From: an uncultured Chloroflexia bacterium
GTDB taxonomy: Bacteria; Chloroflexota; Limnocylindria; Limnocylindrales; CSP1-4
DNA length: 64,000 nucleotides
Reading direction: 5' to 3'
Assembly: GCA_963741085.1 (NCBI GenBank)
Contig: CAVUGM010000006.1
Span: 565,822 to 629,821, forward strand
Shown: positions 1 through 10,215 of the stretch, in pieces
Position numbering within the stretch: the stretch's first letter is position 1
Layout of the letters: every line of letters begins with the position of its first letter
Made by a program: the position numbers and the translations under genes
Notes under the pieces: model-generated
Told to the model about the DNA's origin: nothing
Database searches by the model: none
The model's input: the letters and a program-made list of their open reading frames with translations, nothing else

Positions 1-350
1 CGCCGCGCAGCGCGCAGCCCTGGCCGCGGGGATCGAGCTCGCGGAGGGACTGGCCCGCCTCGTCGGCCTTCGCCCCGCCACCAGGACGGAGACGGCCCTC
101 CTCGGATCGCTCGTGGATCCGCGCCCCGCGCCCGGCCTCACCTGGTACCGGGTCGTCCTCGCCCACGGCTGGAAGCGGCAGGTCAGGCGCATGCTTGCCG
201 CGGTGGGCGCGCCCGTGGTGCGGCTCGTACGGGTGCGCGTCGGCACCCTGCGCCTCGACCTGCCGGCGGGCGGGGCCCGGCTTCTCTCGCCCGCCGAAGT
301 GCGACGCCTGGGGGCAGCGCCCGCAAGTCGGCCGCCGGCGACCTTCCGGC
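1..350 (+). CDS. RNA pseudouridine synthase (RsuA/RluB family), C-terminal fragment; window starts inside the gene
   Basis: In-frame translation upstream of 113 and following reads ...TWYRVVLAHGWKRQVRRMLAAVGAPVVRLVRVRVGTLRLDLPAGGARLLSPAEV, which matches the conserved RluB/RsuA C-terminal block (GxNRQVRRMxxAxGxxVxxLxRVxxG). No stop codon separates it from the downstream amidohydrolase reading frame. Confidence 0.6.
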
Positions 351-2023
351 GGGCCGTCGGGCGGACGGCCGAGGGTCCTGCCGACCTTCTCTTCACGAAC
401 GGGGCGATCGGGATCGTGGAACCGACGCGGCGCGTGGCGTCGGCGGTCGCCGTGCGCGACGGGAGGATCCTGGCCATCGGTCAGGACGCCGACCTGCATC
501 GCCTCGCCGGTCCGGCCACGCGCGTGGTCGACCTCGAGGGCCGCTCGCTCCTGCCCGGCTTCCAGGATGCGCACGTGCACCCGCCGATCGGCGGCTGGGC
601 GATGCTGACCTGCGACCTGCACGACGTGGCCTGGTCGCGGGCCGCCTATCTCGAACGGATCCGGGCGTACGCGGACGCCCGTCCCGACGAGCCGTGGATC
701 GTGGGCAGCGGCTGGTCGATGCCCGCCTTCCCAGGCGGAACCCCGTCGCGGCTCGACCTGGACGTGATCGTGCCCGATCGGCCCGTCTACCTGGAGAATC
801 GCGACGCGCATGGTGCCTGGGTCAACAGCCGGGCCCTGGCCCTTGCGGGGCTCACGGCAGCGTCCGTGGATCCGCCCGACGGACGGATCGAGCGCAACCC
901 CGACGGCAGCCCCCAGGGCACGCTCCACGAGGGCGCGGCGAATCTCGTCAGGAGGCTCGTGCCGCCCTTCGACACCGGGCGCTGGGAGGCTGCGCTCCTG
1001 GCGGCCCAGGCGCACCTGCACGCCCTCGGGATCACCGCCATCACGGACGCGTGGGTGGCGCCAGAGCACCTCCCGGCGTATCGGGCTCTCGCCGAGCGGG
1101 GCGTCCTCACGCTGCGCACGAACCTGTCGCTGTGGTGGGAGCGGGGTGGCGACCTCCGCCAGCTCGAGTGGTTCGAGGAAGCCCGGCGGACCGCCACGGT
1201 CGGGCGCCTGCGGGCCTCGGCGGTCAAGCTGATGCTCGATGGGGTCCTCGAGAACTACACCGGCGCGCTCCTCGAGCCCTACCTCGACGCGAGCGGCCGG
1301 GAGACCGCCAACTCGGGGATCGACTTCATCGACCGGCGCCGGCTGGCCGACGAGTTCGCGCCGGCACTCGACGCGGCCGGCTTCCAGCTGCACTTCCACG
1401 CCATCGGCGACCGTGCCGTGCGGTCAGCCCTCGACGCCGTCGAGGCGACTCGGCGCCGGCCAACGGGTCGTCCGATCGGAGGCCGCACGTCGCCCATCTC
1501 CAGGTCGTGCAGCCGGATGACATCCCACGCTTCGCGGCCCTCGGCGTGGGCGCGAACATGCAGCCGCTGTGGGCTGCCTTCGGCTCCCAGATGCACGATC
1601 TCACGATCCCGTACCTGGGCCCCCGGCGGAGCGTCGTGGCAGTACCCGTTCCGCAGCCTCGAGCGCGCTGGCGCGCGCCTCGTGGGCGGCAGCGACTGGC
1701 CCATCTCGACCGCCAACGTCCTCCGGGAGGTGGAGGTGGCGGTGAACCGTGTCGATCCGGAGCATCGCGGGGAGGAGCCGCCATTCCTGCCGGCCGAGCG
1801 CCTCGACCTGGCGTCTGCGCTGACGGCCTTCACGGCGGGGGCGGCGTGGGCGAACGGGCTCGAGCGGGAGACAGGATCGCTGGAGCCGGGCAAGCTGGCC
1901 GACCTCGTGGTGCTGGACCGGGACGTCTTCGACCGGGGTGCCGGCGAGATCGGCGATGCGCAGGTCCTGCTCACCCTGTCGGCGGGCGTCGCCGTCCACG
2001 CGGACGCCGGCCTGGGCTGGTAG
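299..2023 (+). CDS. Amidohydrolase-family metal-dependent hydrolase (YtcJ/Amidohydro_3-like); two compensating frameshifts around 1470-1640
   Basis: Motifs: LLFTNGAIGIV...RILAIG; HVHPPIGG; FHAIGDRAV; then in another frame HLQVVQPDDIPRFAALGVGANMQPLWA, then back to GGSDWPIS...GKLADLVVLDRD. A possible GTG start lies near 299. The frame switches 2->1->2, indicating two indels. Confidence 0.7.
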   Translation: MRRLGAAPASRPPATFRRAVGRTAEGPADLLFTNGAIGIVEPTRRVASAVAVRDGRILAIGQDADLHRLAGPATRVVDLEGRSLLPGFQDAHVHPPIGGWAMLTCDLHDVAWSRAAYLERIRAYADARPDEPWIVGSGWSMPAFPGGTPSRLDLDVIVPDRPVYLENRDAHGAWVNSRALALAGLTAASVDPPDGRIERNPDGSPQGTLHEGAANLVRRLVPPFDTGRWEAALLAAQAHLHALGITAITDAWVAPEHLPAYRALAERGVLTLRTNLSLWWERGGDLRQLEWFEEARRTATVGRLRASAVKLMLDGVLENYTGALLEPYLDASGRETANSGIDFIDRRRLADEFAPALDAAGFQLHFHAIGDRAVRSALDAVEATRRRPTGRPIGGRTSPISRSCSRMTSHASRPSAWARTCSRCGLPSAPRCTISRSRTWAPGGASWQYPFRSLERAGARLVGGSDWPISTANVLREVEVAVNRVDPEHRGEEPPFLPAERLDLASALTAFTAGAAWANGLERETGSLEPGKLADLVVLDRDVFDRGAGEIGDAQVLLTLSAGVAVHADAGLGW

Positions 2024-2035
2024 GTTAGGCCCGAC

Positions 2036-2732
2036 ATGGCAGAGCGCGGTCCGATCGTGGCCCTCGACGGCCCGGCCTCGTCGGGCAAGAGCAGCGTCGG
2101 GTGCGGCCGTGGCGGCGGCCCTCGGCCTGCGCTTCCTCGACACGGGTCTGCTCTATCGCGCCCTCACGTGGCTCGTCCTCGAGCGCGGGATCGATCCGGC
2201 CGACGGCCCCGCGATCGCGCCGCTGGTCGACGACGTCGACCTCGCGGCGGATGCTGCCGGGCACCTGGCCCGGGTGATCGTCGACGGTCGCGAGGTCAGT
2301 GGGGAGCTCCGGACGCCGCGCGTGGACCGCGCGGTGTCGGCCGTGTCGCGCCAGCCGGAGGTCCGCGCCGCGCTTCTCGGTCGCCAGCGCGCGCTGGCGG
2401 CAAGCGGCTCGATCGTGGTGGCCGGCCGGGACATCGGCAGCGTGGTGCTGCCCGACGCCGATGTCAAGGTCTGGCTGGATGCCTCGGCCGAGGAGCGTGC
2501 CGCGCGCCGGGCCGGCGAGCGCGGGGTCGACCCCGGCTCGGCCCAGGGAGTCGCGATCCTTGACGACCTCCGACGCCGCGATACCGCGGATGCCTCGCGG
2601 GCCGCGTCGCCTTCGCGGGCGGCGACGGACGCCGTCCACGTGCGGACGGACGGCAACACCTTCGAGGAGACGGTGGCCGCCGTCGAATCGGTCGTGCGAC
2701 ACGCAATCCCCTCGACCGAGGTTCTCCCGTGA
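2036..2732 (+). CDS. cmk: Cytidylate kinase; frameshift near 2100
   Basis: N-terminus IVALDGPASSGKSSV (P-loop). After a 1-nt frame change the protein continues in ORF 1938..2732: LGLRFLDTGLLYRALTW...VVAGRDIGSVVLPDADVKVWLDASAEERAARR. Confidence 0.8.
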
Positions 2733-3505
2733 CCGAGCCGGCGCGCCCCCGCTCCGGGCAGGAAGAGGCGGCATTTGCGCTGCCCGCCAACCGCGTGCCG
2801 CTCGTCATCCGGGCCACGGACGCGTTCGGCCGCACCCTCATGCAGTGCCTGACGCGGGTCCACGTCGAGGGGCTGGAGAACGTCCCGACCGAAGGGCCGC
2901 TCATCCTGGCGGGCAACCACATCAGCAACGCCGACCCGCCGCTCATCGCATGCTGGCTCACGCCTGCCCTCGGCCGACCGATCCACTGGATGGCCAAGGC
3001 GGAGGCGCTCGAATGGCCGATCGTCGGCTGGTTCATGCGCCAGAACGGGTGCTTCGGGATCCGGCGGGGCGCGGCCGACACCGAGGCATTCCGCCTCGCA
3101 CGGGGCGTTCTCGACGACGGGCGCGTGCTCGGGGCGTTCCCCGAAGGAACCCGCAGCCCGTCGGGGGCCCTGCAGCCGGCCAAGGACGGCGTCAGCCTGC
3201 TGGCACTCCGCACCGGCGCGCCCATCCTCCCGTTGGGCGTCGCGGGAACCGACCGCTTCTGGCCGCGCGACTCCACCCTGTGGCGGTTCGGCGGCCGCGT
3301 CTCCCTGCGGGTGGGCGAGCCCTTCGTCCTCCAGCGCGGCCTGGGGCCGGACGGACGGAAGGAGAGTCTCGAGGAGGTGACGACGCGCGTGATGATGCGC
3401 ATCGCCGAGCTGTTGCCCGAGCGCCACCGGGGCGTGTACTCCGGGATGCTTGCAGCGGGCAGTGACGATGGTCGGCCGCCCGCCCCGGCGCCGGGCGAGT
3501 CCTGA
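2729..3505 (+). CDS. plsC: 1-acyl-sn-glycerol-3-phosphate acyltransferase (PlsC family)
   Basis: GTG start overlaps the cmk stop. Contains LILAGNHISNADPP (the HX4D acyltransferase motif) and FPEGTRS. cmk-plsC-der order is typical of Actinobacteria. Confidence 0.8.
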   Translation: MTEPARPRSGQEEAAFALPANRVPLVIRATDAFGRTLMQCLTRVHVEGLENVPTEGPLILAGNHISNADPPLIACWLTPALGRPIHWMAKAEALEWPIVGWFMRQNGCFGIRRGAADTEAFRLARGVLDDGRVLGAFPEGTRSPSGALQPAKDGVSLLALRTGAPILPLGVAGTDRFWPRDSTLWRFGGRVSLRVGEPFVLQRGLGPDGRKESLEEVTTRVMMRIAELLPERHRGVYSGMLAAGSDDGRPPAPAPGES

Positions 3506-3538
3506 GGGTTTCGCCGGCTGTCGTGACATAATCGGCCC

Positions 3539-4627
3539 ATGGGTATGGTCCAGGATGTCCGCATCGCGAAGCGGACTGGGTTCTGCTACGGCGTCCGCGA
3601 GGCCGTCGACAAGGCGAAGGAGGCCGCCGACGCCGGGAAGCTCACGCACACGCTCGGCCAGGTCGTCCACAACGAGGGCGTCATCGCCGGCTTGCAGGCG
3701 CGCGGCGTGGCGTCGATCGCGAGCCTCGACGAGGCCGAGGAAGGGTCGGCCGTCGTCATCCGGGCCCACGGCGTGACGCCGGGCGTACGCGAGGCGGCGT
3801 CGGTTCGAGGCCTCGACGTCATCGACGGCAGCTGCTCCTGGGTCATCGCGGAACAGCGCGAGCTCCAGAAGCTGGTCGAGGACGGCTACACCATCGTCCT
3901 CCTGGGGACGCCCAACCACCCGGAGGTCGTGGGCCTGCTCGGCTTTGCGCCCGACGCCATCGTCGTGGACGACGAGGAAGATTGGGACGCCATCCCGCAC
4001 CGGAAGCGGATGGCCCTCATCACCCAGTCGACGCAGCCGCCCTGGAAGTTCGAACGGCTTGCGGCGCGGATGGTCCGCCTGGCTCACGAGATCAAGATCG
4101 TCAACACGGTCTGCCCGGTGACGATCCGGCGCCAGGAGGACACCGTCGACATCGCCCGCGAGGTCGACTTCATGGTGGTCGTCGGCGGCCGCAGCAGCGC
4201 CAACACGCGGGAGCTCACGAGGCTCTGCGCGATCGTCGGGACGCCCGCGATGCAGGTGGAGCGTGCCAGCGATCTCCTCGATCCGGACGTCTTCGGACCG
4301 GCCCAGATCGTCGGGGTGACGGGTGGCACCTCCACGCCCATCGAGGACCTCGAGCTGGTCGCCGAGCGGATCCTCGAGGTGGCGGGCACGTCCGACTCCA
4401 GCGCCCGCGCAGCCGAGCTGGCCTACCGCGCTGTGCACGCGGCCGTGACGCCGGCGGGTCGCACCACGTCGCTCCCCGCGAGCCCGAACCGACCCGACCA
4501 GGTCGAGCATGTCGGGCGCCATGCGGCCGGGTCGACGGTGACACCCGCCCCGGCGCCGGCGGCCGGCACACACGCCGCGGCCGGCACCCGCGCCGCCGCG
4601 CCCGCCGCCGCGCCCGCATCCCGTTGA
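3539..4627 (+). CDS. ispH: 4-hydroxy-3-methylbut-2-enyl diphosphate reductase (IspH/LytB) with Ala/Pro-rich C-terminal tail
   Basis: [33 protein letters not shown]: the full set of LytB conserved blocks. At 362 aa it is about 40 aa longer than usual, with a low-complexity tail [14 protein letters not shown]. Confidence 0.85.
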   Translation: MGMVQDVRIAKRTGFCYGVREAVDKAKEAADAGKLTHTLGQVVHNEGVIAGLQARGVASIASLDEAEEGSAVVIRAHGVTPGVREAASVRGLDVIDGSCSWVIAEQRELQKLVEDGYTIVLLGTPNHPEVVGLLGFAPDAIVVDDEEDWDAIPHRKRMALITQSTQPPWKFERLAARMVRLAHEIKIVNTVCPVTIRRQEDTVDIAREVDFMVVVGGRSSANTRELTRLCAIVGTPAMQVERASDLLDPDVFGPAQIVGVTGGTSTPIEDLELVAERILEVAGTSDSSARAAELAYRAVHAAVTPAGRTTSLPASPNRPDQVEHVGRHAAGSTVTPAPAPAAGTHAAAGTRAAAPAAAPASR

Positions 4628-6127
4628 GCGGGGCCGCCTCGCTCCCGCTCGTCGCCATCGTCGGCCGTCCGAACGTCGGCAAGAGCACGCTCTTCAACCG
4701 GATCGTCGGGGACAGCCGGGCGGCGATCGTCGAGGACCGGGCGCGGACGACGCGCGACCGCATCTACGGCGAGTCGGAGTGGAACGGGCGCCGCTTCCTC
4801 GTCGTGGACACCGGCGGCCTGGAGCTCGCACCGGGGGACGTGATCGAGGCCAAGGTCCAGGAGCAGGCCCGCCTCGCGATCGCCGAGGCCGACCTCATCG
4901 TGTTCGTCGTCGAGGCCACGGCCGGGCTCACCCCGGCCGACCAGGAGGCGGCGGAGACCCTGCGCCGCGCGACGGCGCCCGTGTTCGTGGCGGTCAACAA
5001 GGCCGACAACGCCAGGCGCGAGCTCGACGCGGCCGAGTTCTGGGAGCTTGGCTGGGACGAGACGTGGCCGATCAGCGCCTCCCACGGCAGGGGCGTCGCG
5101 GACCTCCTGGACGACATCGTCCTCGCGCTGCCGCCGGAGGGCGAGGCCGAGCTGGGGCGCAAGGCGCGCGAGGTCGCGACGGATCGCGGCGCCGACCTGA
5201 TCGGCGATGAGCTCGCGGAGGGGCTGGAGCCCGACGAGATCGGGGATGCGGAGGAGGATCTGCCCGGGCCCGTCACGATCGCGCTCGTCGGGCGGCCGAA
5301 CGTCGGGAAGTCGAGCCTTCTCAACGCGCTCCTCGGCGAGGAGCGGGCAATCGTCTCCGCGATCCCGGGGACGACGCGTGACGCCTTCGACACCCGCCTG
5401 CCGTTCGGGCAGGGCGAGATCGTCCTCGTCGACACGGCCGGGATCCGGCGCCGCGGCAAGGTGGCATCCGGACCCGCGGCGGAGCGGTACTCGACACTGC
5501 GAGCGCTCAAGGCGATCGACCGCGCGGACGTCACGGTGCTCGTCATCGACGCTGTCGAGGGCCTGACCGCGCAGGACGCCCACGTGGCGGGGTACACCAT
5601 CGATGCCGGGAAGGGCCTCGTCATCGCGGTCAACAAGTGGGACCTGGTCGAAGACAAGACGGACCGCACGTTCGACCAGTTCGTGGCCTGGATCCGCCGC
5701 GACGCGGCGTTCCTCGACTTACGCCCCGGTGGTCTCGATCAGCGCCAGGACGGGCCAGCGGGTGGATCGCGTGCTGGAGATGGCCGTGGACGTCTGGGGC
5801 GAGCGCCGCAAGCGAATCGGCACCGGCGAGCTCAACCGCCTCCTCGCCGAAGCGACGGCCCGGCAGGTCCCGCCGGCGGTCAAGAACCGCCGGCCGAAGC
5901 TCTTCTACGCAACGCAGGCGGGGATCGAGCCGCCGACGTTCATCTTCTTCGCCAACGACGCCGAGCTGATCCACTTCAGCTACCGTCGCTACCTCGAGAA
6001 CCGGATCCGCGACGTGCTCGGATTCCACGGCGCGCCGATCCGGCTCGTCTTCCGCAACCGGGGCGCCGAGCGCCCGCGCCGACGCAGCGGCGTCCGCCCC
6101 AAGGCCACCTCCACGCGCCGCAGCTGA
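4624..6127 (+). CDS. der: Ribosome-associated GTPase Der/EngA (two tandem GTPase domains plus KH-like C-terminus); frameshift near 5728
   Basis: Two G domains: [16 protein letters not shown]...DTGG and [16 protein letters not shown]...DTAG...NKWD. The C-terminal part [20 protein letters not shown]...RLVFRNRG is in the +1 frame; an extra T in 'gacttacgcc' shifts it. The TTG start at 4624 overlaps the ispH stop. Confidence 0.85.
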
Positions 6128-6199
6128 GGCTCGGTTCCGCCGGCCGCGAACCTTCCTGAGCGGATGGCCCGTTCCGCGCCTCTGCTATCCTTTCCTCAT

Positions 6200-6276
6200 C
6201 GGGGTGTGGCGCAGCTTGGTAGCGCACCTGAATGGGGTTCAGGAGGTCCCGCGTTCGAATCGCGGCACCCCGACCA
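6200..6276 (+). tRNA. tRNA-Pro (anticodon GGG)
   Basis: Manual cloverleaf: acceptor CGGGGTG/CACCCCG; D-stem GCGC/GCGC; anticodon stem CCTGA/TCAGG; loop A-T-GGG-G-T; T-arm CCGCG-TTCGAAT-CGCGG; discriminator A; encoded CCA. Confidence 0.85.
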
Positions 6277-6288
6277 CTTCCTGAACGC

Positions 6289-6324
6289 GACGAAGGCCCT
6301 CCGTCTGACGCGGAGGGCCTTCTG
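6289..6324 (+). terminator. Perfect hairpin immediately after tRNA-Pro
   Basis: GAAGGCCCTCCG-tctgac-GCGGAGGGCCTTC, a 12-bp stem, followed by TGAATCGG (weak U tract). Confidence 0.4.
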
Positions 6325-6618
6325 AATCGGGCCGTAGCCGAACCGTACCCTGGCCAGCTTCCAGCGGATTGCGCCGTCCAGGTCGAGCGCGGCGTCCATC
6401 CGCTCCGTTGCGCGGCCTGGCATCTTGCGGGTGAGGCGCGCATCTCCTCGTCCGCCTCTGCCGGACCACAGCCTCAGCGCGTAGGCAGGAGGCGATTGAA
6501 GCGCGGAGCACGATGCGCCGATATGAGCCGCGTGCCATCTGGCTCTGTTGCAGGCGGTCCGTGGTGAGCCAACTTGTCCGCAAGCGTCCCATGAGGCACC
6601 GAATGGGAGGGTTGGTCC

Positions 6619-7330
6619 ATGCGACGCGCGAAGCTGGCGGCTGCGTTGGCAGCTGCCCTGGCGACCGGACTGGTCATCGGTGCGACGGCAGTGGCGGTCG
6701 GGCTGACGCCAGCCCCAGCAGTTCACGGGCTGCCTCGCCAAGGATGGGACCCTGCTGCGGGTCGCGATTGGATCGGTGCCGGCCCAGGCCTGCCGGCCCA
6801 ACGAGACCCAGATCGCCTGGAACTCCCAGGGTCCCAAGGGCGATCCGGGCAAGGCGGGCGGCGCCTCCGTCGTCGCCTACCCGTGGCCGCAGTCAAGCAC
6901 CTGGCTCACGTCCTACTGTGGGACTGAGTGGCTCACGCTCGGCGGACTCCCGGCTCCCGACTGCGGGTCGAACCCCGTGGTGATCCCCGCGCCCATAACG
7001 GGCATCGACGCGTATGCGGTCTTCCCGATCGACGCTGCGCAGTATCCGGCCGGGGCGAAGATCAGCCTCAGGTACCTGGTCACGAGGGCAGACCAGGGCA
7101 CGACCGCCTGCGTCCGGCTCTTCGATGCCGTGGGCCTCAAGACGATCGCGGGGTCCCAAACGTGCACCGGCGATCGCGGGTGGCACGCAACCCCGCCTGT
7201 ACCGATCGGATCCTTGACGCTGCTCACGGTCCAAGTGCAGCAGCCCGACGCAGCTTTCTCAACCGAGGACGGCTACTGGCCCGAGGCGCCCGTGCAGTAC
7301 GGGGGCAACTTCCTCGAGGTGAGCTGGTAG
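6619..7330 (+). CDS. Hypothetical secreted protein with a short collagen-like Gly-X-Y stretch; apparent frameshift near 6775
   Basis: Signal-peptide-like N-terminus MRRAKLAAALAAALATGLVIGATAVA. After a frame change the protein continues NSQGPKGDPGKAGGASVVAY...CGTEWLT...CGSNP...FLEVSW. No recognisable domain. Confidence 0.4.
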
Positions 7331-8555
7331 GCCCACCCGAATACGCGGCGCCCGCGACACCCTCACCCCGCCCCCGGCTCCGCATGGGACGCCCGCTCTT
7401 CGGATGAGCTCGTCGTGCCACGGTCGGAATGGCCGAAGAGCTTTGACACGACCGCGTGAGGCTGTCACGGCGACCGGGCGACCGGGCGACCGAGGCCGCG
7501 GCGCGCTCTGGGCGCTGGTGGCGCACCTGGAGGCACGCCATATGAGCGAAAGATAGGAGTCGGGCGTCATCCGACCCGCAATGCGCGGGCGCCGTGCCCG
7601 CAGGCTACGCGACCTCGCCCGTCCGGACGTCCCGAGGGCCAGCCCAACAAACGTTGCCGAAGCTGAGGCGGCAACGGCGACGAGCGCGAGCTTGCTCAAG
7701 AGAGGGCGTCCGGGGGTGGTCTTCGGTGGTGCCTTCTGTCACCGCATGAGCCCCATGCCCAAGTACGGCCCCGCGCCCAGGGCGTAGGCTACGAAACACG
7801 AGCGGGAGGCCCAGACACGCGGTCCATTCCCCGGCCGCCGGGACCGCGCCGAGCCACTGGCGAGACCGACCCGCGGGACCTGCGTCCCATCGATTGGGGA
7901 TGGTCTCTCCAGGTGGGCCGGCTCTTCTCCTTGCCCCCGACGGATGAAGACCCTCCATGGAGCAAGCGCTGCGCGCCCGAGCCTTACAATCCAGGCGCCA
8001 GTTGTGTTCGGGGGGCTGCACGCCGGCGGCGTTGAGCCGGGCGGCCCCGCCGGGTCGCCTGGCCCCGCCTGCAAGGTGGCGAGTGCCATGACCGAGGACC
8101 AGCGGTGGCGCACCTGGGCCTCCGCGCACGACGTAATGGCCACCATGCCCGGCTGGGCCGTCGGACCGTGCGTCTACCAGGGCGTCGACGGCGCTCGTCG
8201 CGGCACGCGACTACGTAGCCCGACCTATTGAGCGGTCCGCGGAAGGCAGAGAGAATCCCGCTTGGCCCCCGGCTCCGCGCGAGCGCGCACCGCTCCCCGC
8301 CCCCACGTGGGATTGGTCGCTGCACCGGGCGTCCGGGGGCCGCTGCATTCGAGCGATCCAGGCATTGACATGCCACAGTCCGTGCGGCAGGATCCGCGTT
8401 GCACTCATCGCTTTCTAGGCGGCCCTCGCGACACTCGGCCGCACGCTCTGGGGGGAGCGTGGACGGCGTGGTGTTCCCGAGGGCCGTTCGACGTGTCGAC
8501 CATTGAGCCGACCGGAGAGATGGGCTGCGCACCGGGCGTCAGGTGGCCGTTGGCC

Positions 8556-8834
8556 TCAGAAGTGTGCGAGCACGCGGTAGAAGTCGACGCTGTCCACCTG
8601 CATGAACCCGGGGCGGGGCGCGCTCCGTATCGGCTCCAGCGCCGCCCGTGCTGCTGCCTCGGTCTCGAACACCAACACGTTGAGCGTTCCGCCCGACCCG
8701 TCCGTCATCCAGAGCGCTGACACGATCCCGGGGGCGCGCCGCGTGCGCGGAAGCACGTTGGTCTGCAGGTCCTCCCCGGTTCCCTCGATGCGTTCGGGCT
8801 CTCCGGTCTCACGAACCACGACGGCGTACATAGA
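8556..8834 (-). CDS. Hypothetical small protein (~92 aa)
   Basis: MYAVVVRETGEPERIEGTGEDLQTNVLP...LNVLVFETEAAARAALEPIRSAPRPGFMQVDSVDFYRVLAHF. Composition is protein-like, unlike the R/P/S-rich alternative frames. The part of the ORF upstream of this Met looks like noise. Confidence 0.35.
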   Translation of the reverse strand, partial: SMYAVVVRETGEPERIEGTGEDLQTNVLPRTRRAPGIVSALWMTDGSGGTLNVLVFETEAAARAALEPIRSAPRPGFMQVDSVDFYRVLAHF

Positions 8835-9361
8835 CCCCCCTCCCGTGCTACGCCCACCCGGCAACGCTCCGGCGGCCCGATCATCGTAGCGCTGGTCCCC
8901 TCGCGGCTCCGCGCCGGGCGCTCCGCACTCCTTCGGGGACGGGAGGCGCATCGAGCATCCGGACCACGGTGCAGCCGAGTCTGCAACGCGGTGTCCCCTC
9001 CGGCCGGGCGCCAACCATGTCGGGCGGATCCCCGTCGAGAACTCCCGGAAGCTGCCCGCTGTGCGCACCGCCGCGACGGCCGGGCGCCGCTCTCATCCTC
9101 TCTTCATCGTCGATCGGCTATACGCCACACGAGGCGGGCCTGGGGTGCGCCTCACGGTCCCCGGCGTGGCCTTGAGCCCGGTCGCACTCCCACGAGGGTG
9201 GGATGGCCGGCGATCCCGGGCCGGTCGGGGGCCGTTTCATGCCCCGATCGGCGCGGCACTCAGTCGCTGGGGCGAACGCCTCTCATCGCCTATTCATGTA
9301 CGGTTGCCAGAATTCGTGCGGTCGAGCAGGTTCTGACACAGGTGGATCTGGCGAGCCGCAT

Positions 9362-9635
9362 GGGGTGGGGCATGATCCCGAGGGCGCACTTTCTCGCGGA
9401 AGACATCGAGGACGACGAGGAGCGCCGCCACGCTTACCGTCGCGCCCTGCGCGGGGGCCACAGCGAGCGTCCTCCGGCCTGGTCGACCCGGCTTGCAGAG
9501 GCGAACCTGCGGACTGAGGACGGCGACCGCCATGCGCTCGCGAACGATCCCTGCCGCCTCATCGACGGGTCGATCGGTCGGATGGTCTTCGTCCTGAGCC
9601 ACGAGGGGTGGACGCTCGCCTGCCGTCCCGCGTAG
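9362..9635 (+). CDS. Hypothetical small protein (~90 aa)
   Basis: MGWGMIPRAHFLAEDIEDDEERRHAYRRALRGG...LIDGSIGRMVFVLSHEGWTLACRPA, preceded by a locally AT-richer promoter-like segment (9285-9320). Confidence 0.3.
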
Positions 9636-9829
9636 GGCCGGCTGCCCCAGCGTGGTGACCGGCGCCAGACGCCCACTGCTGCACCAATCCCTGGAACGGC
9701 GAGAGGGGATCGCCGCCGCTCAACCCGACGGACCGGTCGCGTTCGACCCGACACCAGCCAATCGACCGCGCCCGTGCCATCCTTCGCGGGGCCGGAGGTC
9801 CACCGCCAGCCGGGCGCTGCCCGCGGCTG

Positions 9830-10093
9830 TCAGGGAGCCAGGAGCTCTTCGAGCAGGTGCTCTGTCGGCGGGTGGACGGCGCAAACCTCGTCCTCGGCCG
9901 CGCGCTCGGCGGCGTCGCGGTCGAGGGCGTCACCCTCGCAGAGGACGTGTCCGGCCGGCGAGATCACTCGCCAGTGCCAGAGATGCGCGCCGTCTTCCAC
10001 GTGGACCTGCGCGTCGCGACCGTGAAGGTGCGCGGCGAACGCCATCCGGACGCCGTCGGGGCAGGGGATCGGGTGCCAGTTCGCGATGATCAT
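9830..10093 (-). CDS. Hypothetical small protein (~87 aa)
   Basis: MIIANWHPIPCPDGVRMAFAAHLHGRDAQVHVEDGAHLWHWRVISPAGHVLCEGDALDRD... His/Cys-rich. Convergent with the ORF at 9362..9635. Confidence 0.3.
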   Translation of the reverse strand: MIIANWHPIPCPDGVRMAFAAHLHGRDAQVHVEDGAHLWHWRVISPAGHVLCEGDALDRDAAERAAEDEVCAVHPPTEHLLEELLAP

Positions 10094-10215
10094 CGGTCGT
10101 CTCGGGCTCGCCTTGCGGATCGTCGCCATCGTCGTTCCCGTGAACGCCCTCCGCAAGTGCCGTCTCTCCCTCGTCGATGGCGTTCCGTCACGCGCCGCCG
10201 GATAGACTGCCCGGC

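Noticed and set aside
2153-4573. 806-aa ORF on the minus strand
   Set aside because: Antisense to cmk/plsC/ispH. R/P/G/A-rich composition typical of spurious open frames in >70% GC DNA. No domain signal.
3982-6159. 725-aa plus-strand ORF apparently starting inside ispH
   Set aside because: Only the part from about 4624 onward matches Der. The upstream 210 codons are an alternative frame of ispH and are R/G/P-rich.
6196-6852. 218-aa minus-strand ORF overlapping tRNA-Pro as a possible integrase
   Set aside because: No recombinase motifs. Composition is noise-like and it overlaps the tRNA and the plus-strand secreted-protein gene.
7470-7500. Tandem (GCGACCGG)x3 microsatellite
   Set aside because: Too short and isolated to call a functional repeat. 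Mentioned only within the low-density island.
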